64,000 nt of DNA from the human T2T-CHM13v2.0 reference genome, Homo sapiens, in the NCBI RefSeq assembly GCF_009914755.1, contig NC_060943.1; one strand, written 5' to 3'. This document shows, in pieces, positions 1-24,369 of the stretch (its first letter is position 1; each line of letters starts with the position of its first letter). The position numbers were made by a program, and so were the translations under genes. Below the pieces are notes generated by a model. It searched no databases and was not told the DNA's origin. It saw nothing but the letters and a program-made list of their open reading frames with translations.

Positions 1-7240
<7,240 letters not shown>

Positions 7241-7312
7241 ATCTATCTTAAAGCTTAAAAGGGAGCACAGCGAAAAAAGAAAAGACACAGAATCATCAAC
7301 ATTATTGGTAGC

Positions 7313-7318
7313 TTTATT
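7313..7318 (-). terminator. KANK2: KANK2 polyadenylation signal AATAAA
   Basis: tttatt on + strand, followed on the minus strand by a GT/T-rich downstream element (tgttgatgattctgtgtctttt). Confidence 0.88.
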
Positions 7319-7722
7319 AAATTTGTTTACCTTCTAAAAAAAACGATTACAAAAAAGAATACTTCATTTAAGTGTAATACTGGCTTTATGGACGTACCGT
7401 GATCAGAAAGTGAAATTAAAGCTCATGGATATGCGTGAGAAGAGAATGGGCGCAGAGGCACGAGTCCAGTATCCCACGGAGAGAAGGACGTGTAGAGAGA
7501 TGCGTGGACCCATCTCAGGGGTCACGCATTCCTGGGCCAAGGAGTTGCTTCTAAGAGCTTAAAATAAATGCACTGGCTGGCTCCAGGGCTGGACACACAG
7601 GCACAGAGCTCTTGTACCGCTTCTCAAAGCTGCCCAAAGCTGCGACCTTCCCCCTCAGACACCCACAATTAATTGTTTCCAATCAGCTTTGGTTTTGTTT
7701 TCTCTGCAATTTACATGCAAAC

Positions 7723-7757
7723 ACCATCTATCTATTCATCCATCCATCCATCCATCC
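7723..7757. repeat. (TCCA)n microsatellite in KANK2 3' UTR
   Basis: catccatccatccatcc run. Confidence 0.75.
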
Positions 7758-8569
7758 TGCTTGTCTCCTTTGACCAGCCAAGCCCTATTTTGTTTTACGT
7801 ACATTCCCTTCACTAAAAATCAAAGCAAGCCAGTCTACATCAAGCCAAGAAACCTACTTTTCTAAGGAGAGAAACCAGTGCTTTGCCTTCTTTAATGAAC
7901 CTGCGAGCTCTCAGCGCTTTCTCTTGCTGAAATGTGGCTTTAAAGCCTTGGAGGCTGAGCTCACTGGCCTCGAAAGGGCAGCGCGCGTATTTGGTTTGGA
8001 GCGCACTCCTGATCACAAAGCACATTTTTAGAGGCTTGGAACCCTTCCCTTTCTGTTGCTCACCAAGGAAAAGGCACAAGAAAGACAATGATGTGGAGAT
8101 TCTTAGGGGACCAAAACAGGCCATGAAGGAAACTGTGAGTGTCTCTGGCAAGCCCCGTTTCCCACAGGCTCTGTTCCAGGCAGCTCCGGAAAGTCTCTAG
8201 GTTGTTAAAAAGCCCAGCTGGCCCATGTTTGGTTTTCAGCAAAGCCCTGTCTCTTTAAGTTTGCGCTGGGAGGCCTGGGGACGGCCAACTTTTAATCGTA
8301 CACACATGGGGTTTTTGGGAGCCGGCCCTGCGTTTTGCCAACAAGCGCATGCCCTGTTTTCTTTCCTTTGAGGAGAGAAATTCTGGAGTCCCGGGGAGGA
8401 ACAGGACGGCCCTGTGACCATAGTCTGGGGCCTGGCGGCGGGGACGCAGAAGCCACCCTGAGAGCCAGATTCTTTTCCTGCGTCTTCAGGTCTGAAGGAT
8501 TTTCTAGGAAAATTAACATTTGCCAAGGCCTCCATGTGGGGAAGGGAGGGGTTTCTGGGTAATTTGTCT

Positions 8570-8851
8570 CTTTTTTTTTTCTTTCTTGAGACAGGGTCTC
8601 GCTGTGTCGCCCAGGCTGAAGTGCAATGGTGTGATCATAGCTCACTGTAGCCTCGACCTCCAGGGCTCAGCCTCCCAAGTAGCTGGGACTACAGGCGCGC
8701 ACCACCACGCCTGGCTAGTTTTTAAATTTCTTGTAGAGATGGGTCTTGCTGTGTTGCCCAGGCTGGTCTTTAACGTCTAGGCTCAAGCTCAAGCTCTTGC
8801 CTTGCCCTCCCAAAGTGCTGGGATTACAGACGTGAGTCACCACGCCTGGCC
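8570..8851 (-). mobile_element. Alu (AluJ-like, internally deleted) in KANK2 3' UTR, sense to the mRNA
   Basis: Poly-T followed by reverse-complement Alu body. Confidence 0.9.
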
Positions 8852-9555
8852 GGTAATTTCTCATTGTGAATTGATTGGGTCCCTGTAAGTCACAGAGCCT
8901 GTCCTGAGTCCCTTCATCTGAATGAGGGTGAAAAGACTGAGTTTTCTGTCCCGGGTGACAAGGACAGAATCTGTCTTGTGAAACAACCAGAAGAAAATTC
9001 CCCTAAGAAAGCCGTCTAGCGGGGCAGTGGACACAACACTATTCTATATCAGACAATTAAATGTGAGGGATGAAGGGTGAACCCCAACTGGTGCGTAATA
9101 ACACTTAGGATTAAAATGAAAATATGCAAGTTCCAGTGACTTTCAAATCTGGCAACAAATCCTAAGATTCCCACCCCCTCCTGCAACAATGATTCAAAAA
9201 TACAATATTTTTTTCCTCTCCCTCTTCCTCCATCCATAATTACCAGCTGATTGTTCTCAATGTTCTTCATAAAACCCACACCCCAGCATCAGCCCTGGCG
9301 CCAATGTATACAAGAATTTTGCTTCGGTCTGCGCTGTGGCCACTTTGAACAGGGGAGCCAAGAAAACCCACTTGGAGCTGGAGTCCTGTGGCCGTTGGGG
9401 CTCCCCCAGGGAAGCAGAGGGAGAGCTCGCTTGCCTTTGAGCCGTGGGCCTTGGGGAGTGTGAGTGGGGTGGGCCAGGGAGGAACGGGAACAGGGAGGAG
9501 ACGGGGACAAGGGACGGTTTGCTCCCGGTCTGGCTGGTCCCCGCCTCCCTCACGG

Positions 9556-9609
9556 CTACTCTTCTGCCGAGGATGATGTAGGGCTCTCGTCATCTGACAT
9601 TGGGGCAAA
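9556..9609 (-). CDS. KANK2: KANK2 last coding exon (FAPMSDDESPTSSSAEE*)
   Basis: Acceptor ctctgtttcag|TTT, phase 0, 54 nt ending in TAG. Confidence 0.96.
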   Translation of the reverse strand, partial: FAPMSDDESPTSSSAEE

Positions 9610-10082
9610 CTGAAACAGAGAAGCAGAATTCTTTTTGTTTGGGATCCTTTCCAATCCCCCGAGGCGCCAACGTGGTGGCTGGCCTGGTAGATATGATGGG
9701 TAAGCAGGAGGGAGGCGTGGCCCCTGGCCCCAAGGAGGTGGCGATCTGGGGGCACCGCCTTGAAGAAGCAAACTCATGACTGTGGTTGAGGATGTTCACC
9801 GGGGGTGAGGGATGCAAAGGAATGAGGGTGGACAGTGGCTGGTCAGGGAGGGTGAGTTCTCAGCTGACTGTGAACGGCATCAAGGAGCCAGCGAGCAGGG
9901 AAGAGCATTCCAGGCAGCGGAAACAGCACGTGCAAAGGCCCTGGGATAAGTGCAGAGGGGTGTGGCAATAAGGCCAGTGTGGCTAGAGGGGGAGAGAAAC
10001 AGTAGTGGGGAAGGTGAGGGTGGTTGTGCAGGGCCTGGTGGGCTTTGGAGAGGACCCTGGCTTTTTCTTTTCTTTTTTTTGA

Positions 10083-10241
<159 letters not shown>

Positions 10242-10365
10242 TAGTAGAGATGGGGTTTCTCCATGTTGGTCAGTCTGGTCTCAAACTCCTGACCTCAGGT
10301 GATCCGCCCATCTTGGCCTCCCAAAGTGTTGAGATTACAGGCGTGAGCCACCGTGCCCGGCCTAG

Positions 10366-10814
<449 letters not shown>

Positions 10815-11166
10815 TGAGTCTGGCCTGAATGCTCCTTAAACACGTCAGACACACCCCTGCCTCAGGGCCTTTGCACTGCTTGTTCCTGCTGCCCGGAAGA
10901 CCATGTGATTCACTCCCTAACTTCTCCAGGTGTTGACTCAAATGTCATCTCTTCTCTGAGGGACTCCAATAGCTTCCCCATCACTCGCCATCCCACGTCC
11001 TTGTTTTTTTTTTTTTTTTTTTTCTTTGAGACAGAGTTTTGCTCTTGTTGCCCAATGTCATGATCTCTGGCTCACTGCAACCTCCACCTCCTGGGTTCAA
11101 GTGATTCTCCCGCCTAAGCCTCCAGAATAGCTGAGATTAAAGGCATGCGCCACCACACCCGGCTAA

Positions 11167-11346
<180 letters not shown>

Positions 11347-11997
11347 TAGTGATGCAACCATGGCTCACTGCAGCCTCAAATTCCTGGGTTCAGGTGATCC
11401 TCCTGCCTCAGCCTCCCGAGTAGCTGGGAGTACAGGCATGCACCTGTATTTTTGGGGGAGACAGGATCTCCCTATGTTGCCCAGGCTGGTCTCGAACTCT
11501 TGGGTTCAAGCAATCCTTCCATCTCGGCCCCACAAGGTGCTGGGATTACAGACGTGAGCCACCGCGCCCAGCCTGATTGTGTCTCTTACCAGAATGCTCA
11601 CTCCATAAGGGTGGATACTGTTTTCTGTTTTGATCAGTGCTGTGACCACTGGGGACTACCTAGAACTGGGCCTAACATGCAGCAGGCGCTCAATAAATAT
11701 TTTTCAAATGAGTGAATGGTGACTAAGACACGCATTTGGAACCAGACAGACCCAGGCGTGAATACTGTTATGCCAACCATGACCATGCAGCCTCTCTGTG
11801 ACTAATTTCCTCACTGGGGCACTATGAAGGTTCAGCAAGCAGCTGACCATATTCTGACTTTATCCTTAGCGTGAACCCCATGCACAATCAGCTCTTCATA
11901 AACATCCGTCTCCTCTGGCCAGGCACAGTGGCTGACCCCTGTAATCCCAGCGCTTTCAGAGGCAGAAGAGGAAGCATGGCTTAAGCTCAGGTATTCA

Positions 11998-12417
<420 letters not shown>

Positions 12418-12614
12418 TCACTTGAGCCCAGGAAGTGGAGTTTGCAGTGAGCTTTAATTGTGCCACTGCACTCCAGCCTTGGTGACAGAGTAAGACCCAG
12501 TCTCAAAACAAAAACAAGACCAGGCATGGTGGCTCATACCTGTAATCCCAGCACTTTGGGAGGCTAAGGCAGGTGGATCACGAGGTCAGGAGTTTGAGAC
12601 CAGCCTGACCATCA

Positions 12615-13380
<766 letters not shown>

Positions 13381-13774
13381 TCAAACAACCCTCCCGTCAC
13401 CAGGGGAGTAATAAATCCACAGAGACAGAAAGCGGATGAGTGGTTGCCAGAGGCTGGGAGAAGCGGGGGCGGAGGAAATGATGGATACAGGTTTCCTTTG
13501 GGGGTGAAGAGAACGTTCTGGAACTAGACGGAGGTGTTGGTTGCACAACAGGGTGAATGTATTTCATGCCAGTAGTGCTTTTGGTTTTGTTTTGCTTTAT
13601 TTTAGAGACAGGGTCTTGCTCTGTTGCCCAGGTTGGCGTGCAGTGGCACGATCGCAGCTCACTGCAGCCTCAACCTCCCCAGGCTCAGGTGATCCTCCCA
13701 CCTCAGCCTCCCGAGTAGCTGAGACTACAGGCATGCGCCACAATGCCTGGCTAATTTTTGTATCTTTTGTATAG

Positions 13775-13942
<168 letters not shown>

Positions 13943-14655
13943 TGAGTAGCTGAGATTACAGGCGTGTGCCACTACGCCCAGCTAATTTTTGTATTTTTAG
14001 TAGAGACAGAGTTTCACCATGTTGGCCAGGATGGTCTCAATCTCTTCACCTCGTGATCCGCCCGCCTAGGTTTACAGGCGTGAGCCATCGTGCCCAGCCT
14101 AAAAGGGTTAATTCTGGGCACTGTGGCTTACGCCTGTAATCCTGGCACTTTGGGAGGCCGAGGTGGGAGGACTGCTTGACCCCAGGAGTTAGAGATCAGT
14201 CTGGGCAACATAGCGAGACCATGTCTCTAGTAAAAAATAAAATTAATAAAATACAGCCTGGACAACTTGGCAAAACCCCAACTCTAAAAAAAAATTAGCC
14301 GGGCATGGTGCCGCACGCTTGCAGTCCCAGCTACTTGGTGGCCTGAGGTTGGAGGACTGTTTGAGCATGGGAGGTCAAGGCTGCAGTCAGCTGTGATTGC
14401 ACCACTGCACTCCAGCCTGGGTGACACAGTGAGACCCTGTCTCAAAAAAATAAAAAATAGAGATAAAATAAAATAAAAAGTTAGAAATAAAGGAGTTAAT
14501 CTTATGTTTTGTGAATTTCACCTTCTTTTTTTTTTTAATAGAGAGGAGGTGGGGGTGGGGGGGTGTCTCTAGGTTCCCCAGGCTGGTCTGGAACTCCTGA
14601 CCTCAAGCAATTTATCCCGCTTTGTTCTCTCAAAGTGCTGGGGTTACAGGCATGA

Positions 14656-14880
<225 letters not shown>

Positions 14881-14972
14881 TAGGCTGGTCTCAAACTACT
14901 GACCTCGTGATCTGCCCACTTTGGCCTCCCAAAGTGCTGGGATTACAGGCATGAGCCACCGCACCCGGCTAA

Positions 14973-15274
<302 letters not shown>

Positions 15275-15977
15275 TAATTTTTTGAAAATGAAGCCACTAA
15301 AAAAATTTCTTGGAAATTAAAACAAAATTAAATCAATAAAGATAAGGCAGGATCATGCCTGTTATGCCCCGTCACAGCTCCATTTTGTTCCTTTGCTGTC
15401 TTCAGACTGTTGACGATCCCTCTCCTCCTCACTGTCCTCAGTGGGTCCTGGCTTCCCTGCTCTTTTGCCCAGACACCTGTTCATAAGCCCCAGTCACCTC
15501 CACAGTGCCTGTTTCTGCTTCCCAACACACAGCTGAAGGGAGCGCTCAAACCAGGAATCAGGCCACGCCACTTCCCTGCCTAAATTCCCCTGGCGGTTTC
15601 CTGCAGCCCTGAGTCCAAACTGGCTTGAGTCCCGGTGCTCCCTAAAATGCTTATGGCTTGAAGAACGGGCTAGTGAGCTTCAGGAGACCATGCCTGCTTG
15701 TTCGCCATTTCAGTCCCCAGTTTTCGGCCCAGGGAACCCAGCTGCTGCTCAATGAACTGTCCAGCAGGATGTGGGATGGGGTCATATTAAGAAAGGTAAG
15801 GACCCTCATATCCTCTACTCCTTCTAGTTTCCACAAGAAGGTCCTGTGTCAGAGACAGCCTGGCCATGAAGAGCAGGGCTCTGGAGTTAGACCACCTGGG
15901 TTTGGGCCTGTCACTCAGCTGGGATGTCATAAAGTAGGAAGAGCCACCTGGATCTGCAGCAGCCGGGGTCCCCATAC

Positions 15978-16120
15978 CTGGCTGGCTTTGGCATTGATGT
16001 TGCCAAGCCGGAAGAGCTGAAGGACAGTCTCGATGTCGTCCTGGGTCTTCAGGGTGGCCAGGGTGGTGAGCATAATAGGGCTGTAGCCAGCACGGTTCTG
16101 TTTGTCCACCTTGCAGACAC
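15978..16120 (-). CDS. KANK2: KANK2 coding exon, ankyrin repeat ([17 protein letters not shown]...NAKASQ)
   Basis: gtctcttag|GT ... CAG|gtatgg; 143 nt. Confidence 0.96.
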
Positions 16121-16299
16121 CTAAGAGACATGGTGTGAACCCTCAGACCAGGGATCGCTGCTAGTGGACTGCCCCAAGGAACGTGGATACCACGTCTCGT
16201 CCATCAGTCTAGGCATGCCCTAATCCCTCCCTTTTCTCAGAGGACCCCACTCTGCCCTAGAGGTCTCCATCTCCATTAGACCTGGGGCTCCTAAAGTTG

Positions 16300-17420
16300 G
16301 AGACAGTTCCTCCTCCATCAGATTTGGGGCCCCTGATGCTGGCATCTATATTTAGGGCTGAGAATAGAAACTGGGTCTCCCCTGTTAATTTTGGAACAGC
16401 CATTTACCCTCAGACTGGCCCATGTCTCCCCCATCAGATTGTGGGCCCTGAGTCCTTCATCAGCCCGGGAGGCTGTCTCCCCCAGTAGGAGAGGGAAGGG
16501 CAAGTTTCTTACTAACTGAGGACCACGTCTTCTTTCCAAGCCCCAGACTTGAGGACGCATCCCTCTCTTAGACCAGGGCTCCAGAGATGTCACCTCCATC
16601 ATGCAGGCGTGTTAGGTTCACACGTTTCCCTAACATCACTTCTGCCTTTTCCATTATGCTGGCTAAAGGTAGGGCCCGTGCCTCCCCCACCAGACTGGGA
16701 AGGAAGTGTCTCCTCCATCAGACTGGGAGGACAGCATCTCCCCCATAAGACCAGGAGGGTAGAGTCTCTGCTATCAGACTAGGAGAGTCATGTCTCCCTC
16801 GTTGGACTGGGAAGGTGGTGTCTCACTCATTAGACTAGGAGGGTGGTGTCTCTGCCATTCGACTGGGAAGACAGCGTCTCCTCTATCAGACTGGGAGGGC
16901 CACATTCCCCCAACAATGAACCGGGAAGATGATGTCTCCTCCATTAAACTAGGCAGGTGGTGTCTCCTCCATCAGCCTGGGAGGGTGGTGCCCCCCCCAT
17001 CAGACTGGAAGGGTGGCATCTCCCATATCAAACTGGGAAAGTCACATTTCCCCCATCAGACTGGGGAGGCAGCATCTCCTCCATCAGACTAGGAGGGCCA
17101 CATCCCCGCCACAATGAACTGGGAAGGTGTCTCCTCCATCAGCCTGGGAGGGTGGCATCTCCTCCATCAGACTGGGAGGGCGGCATCTCCTCCATCAGAC
17201 TGGGAGAGCCATATACCCCACCCCATTGAACTGGGAAGGTGCCGTCTCCTCTATCAAACTGGAAGGCTGGTGTCCCTCCACATCCAATCGGAAGGTGGCA
17301 TCTGCCACATCAGACTGGGAGAGAGGTGTTCCCTCTATTATACTGAGAAGGCCGCGTCTCCTCCATCATCTTCCCCATCAGATGGGGAGGGCAGTGTCTT
17401 CCCTATCAGACTGGGCATGG
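16300..17420. repeat. Degenerate ~28-32 bp minisatellite (TCTCCTCCATCAGACTGGGAGGGTGGCA)n in a KANK2 intron
   Basis: Roughly 25 recognisable copies between 16680 and 17415, fading on the left. Confidence 0.9.
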
Positions 17421-17469
17421 CGGACAGCTGGCTGGTTTAGAGCCGCCTCGTCCTCCCCGCTGGGCTCAC

Positions 17470-17689
17470 CGCTGTCGAGCAGCTGCTGCACCACGGGGAA
17501 GTTGGCATGAGACACGGAGTAGTGCAGGGCTGTGTTGCCGTTGCTGTCGGCGATGTTGACCACGTAGTCCAGCAGCCGCGCAGACATGGCCCGGAACGTG
17601 ACCAGGTGCCGCCGCACCAGCTCGGGGTGTGCGTCGCTGCGGCAGGCCAGGCGCAGCCACTCCTGCAGCACTGTGGTGTAGGCCACTTT
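17470..17689 (-). CDS. KANK2: KANK2 coding exon ([11 protein letters not shown]...[15 protein letters not shown]...DS)
   Basis: gcatgcag|AAA ... AGCG|gtgagc; 220 nt; capping domain and first ankyrin repeat. Confidence 0.96.
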
Positions 17690-17940
17690 CTGCATGCGAG
17701 TCAGGTGGGAAAGGATGTGAGGGCGGGGGAGGCCCACTGGGACACCCCCCACCCCAGATGCGCCCCCGGAGCAAAGCGTGGTGCCCTTGTCCTGGAAAAC
17801 GATCTCAAGGGAAGTGCAGACCCTCCCAAAGGGAAGTGTAGACATCTCTGTCCCAATAAGACCCTTGGAGTGAGGTGTGGACTTTGCAATCCCCAACACG
17901 TTCCCCAAGGAAGGTGTGAGCACCTCCACCCTGGATATAA

Positions 17941-18125
<185 letters not shown>

Positions 18126-18204
18126 TAAAACAATTTGTAGAGGCTGAGTGCAGTGGTTCACGCCTGTAATCCCAGCACTTTGGGAGGCCAGGGTGAGCGG
18201 ATCA

Positions 18205-18589
<385 letters not shown>

Positions 18590-18898
18590 TAATCGCCAAA
18601 GTCAAGTGTAGATGCCCAAAAAGGGAAATCTGGGTGCCCCGCCCCTGAAGCCCCCAGGAAGAACAGGAACCCAAGGCCAGGCTTGGCCAGTGAGTGTTCA
18701 TCCTCCAGCCTCTCCCCATCTCCCTGGCCTCTCTCCGAGGCCCATGACTTGAGCACCACCACCCCCATGCTCTGGGCTTCAGTGTCAGGGTCCCCACTAG
18801 GCAGGAGCAGGAAGTCACTGAGGATGAGGAGAGGCCACGGGTGGGGTGGAGGTAGGGGTCCGGGGGGTGGCCAACCTAGGCCCAGGGCCAGATCGTAC

Positions 18899-18986
18899 CA
18901 GCTCCCGCTCTGTGAGGGCGTTGGGATTGTCCAGGTACTTTTCCAGGGCCAAGCAGGCTGAGATGAGGTCAGGGCTTAGCTCCATC
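18899..18986 (-). CDS. KANK2: KANK2 coding exon ([29 protein letters not shown])
   Basis: ttcctggcag|G ... CTG|gtacga; 88 nt. Confidence 0.94.
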
Positions 18987-19574
18987 CTGCCAGGAACAGA
19001 CAAAGCGGGGAACTAAGTAAGCCCCGCTGCGGTGCCTGGGAAGGGACTTGACATTCTGCACCACGTCACTCACAATAGGGTCACCTGAATGGTGGCATCT
19101 CAGACCCTCCTTCACCCGGGACACACATTTACATTGCACCCCAAGGGGCAGCTGTGGGGAACATGCAGACCCCCAAGGGAGAGTGGACACACAAGCCAAA
19201 GTTTATTCCAAATGCCCACTGGCAGATGGAAAATATTTCCCAAGGGCAAATTTTTTCACCAGGGGAATAAAAAAGAGACATAAATAGAACAGACAGGTAG
19301 AGGAAACGTCCCAAAGTAGGTGGGTGATTTTGGGATAAACTTTGGCTGGTCCCCTAAATCCTAACCCCGGCAGCCCAAAATAGTTCCACCAGGCCCTTTA
19401 GCAAAGCCTCCAGAACTTCAGATGCCCAGAAGGAGCAAGTGCTCGTTTGCTAATTCAGACTAAAGTGTGCATGACTGATAGGAGGGTCCTTCAAAGGGCT
19501 TGAACGGTGGGGGTTTGAGGCAGAGGTCATCCACCCCCGGCCCTGCCTGAATCCCTCCTACCCAGAAAACTGAC

Positions 19575-19814
19575 CTGATCTCCTCCTCCGTGTTTGATCC
19601 TGATGCCCCCTCAGCAGTGGGTATGTGCTGAGATTCTCGAGACAGCTGACACTCCTGCCGGCTGGTCTTGGCCGCTGCCGTCCCTGCAGGCCTGAGCTGG
19701 GGGGCTTCGGCCACACTCGGAACCCTCTCCCTCGGCTCTGGGGCCTCGTTCTCTGTGCTGTCGTTGTCTGAGATGTTCTCTGCTGTGCTGGAGTCCTCGG
19801 ATGACGACTCATAC
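19575..19814 (-). CDS. KANK2: KANK2 coding exon (YESSSEDSS...EEEIR)
   Basis: ttcctccccag|G ... AG|gtcagt; 240 nt. Confidence 0.95.
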
Positions 19815-20076
19815 CTGGGGAGGAACGAGCGGGGAGGGGGAGATGCTGCAGGTGGGATGAGAAATGGTGGGAAAGGAAGGCAGGGATCTGGTGATCTGAC
19901 CTCTGTGGGCCTCAGCTTCCCCATCTGTTCAATGGCAGTATTGACATTCCAGGGTTGTGGGATGTGGTTTACAGCAACTGGCACACAGTAAGCGCTCAAT
20001 AAACATTAGCAGTGATTATGATCATGCTCGGGGGGAGGGGCACTGCTTTTCACCTCCTGCCTTTTGACACTTCTAG

Positions 20077-21089
<1,013 letters not shown>

Positions 21090-21343
21090 TAGAGCTGTGC
21101 AGTGGTTACACCTTGAGCTCTTGAGCCAGGGCACGCAGGGCTGACTCCTGGGTCACTGAGTGAGCTCCAGAAATGCGCTTAGCCTTCCTATGCCTCAGTT
21201 TCCTCATCTCTGTGTTGTGGTTTGATTAAACGAATTAACCAAAGCAAGGAGCTCAGAATGAGGTAATTAGGAGGCTCTCGTGCGTGGATGAATGGAGGAG
21301 GGGCGGGAAGTATGGGGTGGGGGGTGGGGTCTTCTCCTCTCAC

Positions 21344-21446
21344 CCGCCGTTGACCCCCACGAACTGGAGGCTCCTCCGGTGGGCCGTGGGGTCTGCAACC
21401 TCCTCTTTCCGTTTCATGATAGATCGCACGCCTGCCGGGGGCCCGC
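21344..21446 (-). CDS. KANK2: KANK2 coding exon ([14 protein letters not shown]...[10 protein letters not shown]); alternative in-frame acceptor at 21470
   Basis: cccctccag|GC ... GG|gtgaga; 103 nt; carries the KANK-family SIMK and [11 protein letters not shown] motifs. Confidence 0.94.
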
Positions 21447-21551
21447 CTGGAGGGGAGGACAGCGGAGGTGCTGTGAGAGTCCTTCAGGGCCAGACTCCGA
21501 ACTGGCGCCATCCCGGTGCCCCGTCCCTCTTGGCGGCCACCCACCACTTAC

Positions 21552-21719
21552 CGGTGCCCCCGGCCTCCTCGGACTCTTGGGAGGCTGCTTGCCTGGTGGG
21601 CTCCCTGTGGGTGGGCTCCTGGGTGGGCACTCGGCCTGTGCTCTTCTCAGGCTGTGTAAGGGAGGCTACCTCGGACCCCGGGGGTGACGAAGACGATTCG
21701 GCAGGAACTTCTGGGAGGC
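21552..21719 (-). CDS. KANK2: KANK2 coding exon ([11 protein letters not shown]...EAGGT)
   Basis: gtccctccag|GC ... ACCG|gtaagt; 168 nt. Confidence 0.95.
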
Positions 21720-22128
21720 CTGGAGGGACAGGAAATGAGTGTCTGCTCTTGGTCATAAAAGCCAAACCACCACAGCCCTGCGGGTCATACACCCTGGGCC
21801 AGGAGCTGTAACAGGGCTGATTTTTGTGTTACCACATCCAGTCTTCCTGCCCCTTGGAGGGAAATCGGATTATTACAGATGAGGAAACTGAGGCACAGAG
21901 CTGCCAAGGTAACCCCTTGAGCAGGTGGCAGAATCCAGTTTGGTGCCTGCCCAGCAGCTAGTCAGGGACAGGGACAACCCTGTGGCCCCATATTCCTGGC
22001 TCGAGCCTGAGTGATCGCTAAAAATAAGGTTTGGCCGGGCACGGTGACTCATGCCTGTAATCCCAGCACTTTGGGAGGCTGAGGCGGGCGAATCCCCTGA
22101 GATCAGAAGTTCGAGACCAGCCTGGCTA

Positions 22129-22331
<203 letters not shown>

Positions 22332-22489
22332 TCAGAGATAAAAACACGTCTTGGTGGCCAGGCACAGTGGCTCATGCCTGTAATCCCAGTACTTTAGGAG
22401 GCTGAGGCGGGCAGATCACGAGGTCAGGAGTTCAAGACCAGCCTGGCCAACATGGTGAAACCCCATCTCTACTAAATATACAAAAATTA

Positions 22490-22842
<353 letters not shown>

Positions 22843-23865
22843 TCAGGTCCCCCTGGGCCACATATGGCTGCTTTGTAAGACAGGGTTTCACTCCCTTCAC
22901 TGAAGCTTGAGTGCAGAGATGCGATCTTGGCTCACTGTAACCTGTGCCTCCCGGATTCAAGTGATTCTCCTGCCTCAGCCCCCTGAGCGGCAGGCAGTAA
23001 AGGCGCATGCCACTGTGCCCAGCTAATTTTCTGTAATGTTTGTAGAGATGGGGTTTCACTATATTGCCCAGGCTGGTCTTGAACTCCTGAGCTCAAGTGA
23101 TCCGCCTTCCAAAGTGCTGGGATTACCTCCGGAGCAGCACCGCCCAGCCCATGCATGGTTTCTGTGTCAGCATTTCCTCGGGGGTTCCCCTTCCTGTCCC
23201 CCGGGGCGCCAACTCTGAAGACCAATTAATTTGAATTCCCTTTAATGGCTAAAAAGGTTGTTGGGGTTTTTTTCTTTGTGACAGGGTCTTGTTATATTGT
23301 CCAGGCTGCTCTAGAACTCCAGAGCGCAAGGGATCCTCCCACCTCAGCCTCTCGCATAGCTGGGATTATAGGCATGAGCCACTATGCCCAGCCTTAAATT
23401 TTTTTTTTTTGCCATATACAGTGACTTCCTGAGGCCCACAGGCAATATTCAACTTTAGTACAGAACGGTGACCAAATGCTGGACATAGGCAAAGAGTAAC
23501 ATAGACAGGGCCGGCTGCATGAGACACTCGGTCATCGGCATGGCCAACAGCATCCCCAGACCAGGGTGTGGCCAGCTCATACCACAGAAAACATAAAAAC
23601 CATGCCAGAGCCAAGGCTTGAACTCATGAGTGGGGAACTGAGCGAGAGCAAACGCCAGTTGCTATGTCCCTCTATGATTTTTCTTTTTAAACTTGGCAAT
23701 AAATTCACGTGAAACAAACAAACATACTGCATGGCCAGGAGACAGATTCACAATCTCAATCTCTGCCCAAAATGCAGGGCGCCTAACTTGAAATCCTGGA
23801 GAGGCCGGGCGCAGTAGCTCACGCTTGTAATCCCAGCACCTTGGGAGGCTGAGGTGGGTGGGTCA

Positions 23866-24219
<354 letters not shown>

Positions 24220-24233
24220 CTAGAGTTGTCAAG

Positions 24234-24264
<31 letters not shown>

Positions 24265-24267
24265 TGA

Positions 24268-24369
<102 letters not shown>

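Larger units (their letters stand above)
7295..9555 (-). other. KANK2: KANK2 3' UTR (~2.26 kb)
   Basis: Lies between the TAG at 9556-9558 and the AATAAA; cleavage site estimated. Confidence 0.85.

Noticed and set aside
16680-17420. CRISPR-like array, or miR-21 relationship through ATCAGACTG
   Set aside because: Units are contiguous degenerate tandem repeats with no unique spacers or cas genes; the 9-mer matches the middle of miR-21, not the seed, and there is no pre-miRNA hairpin.
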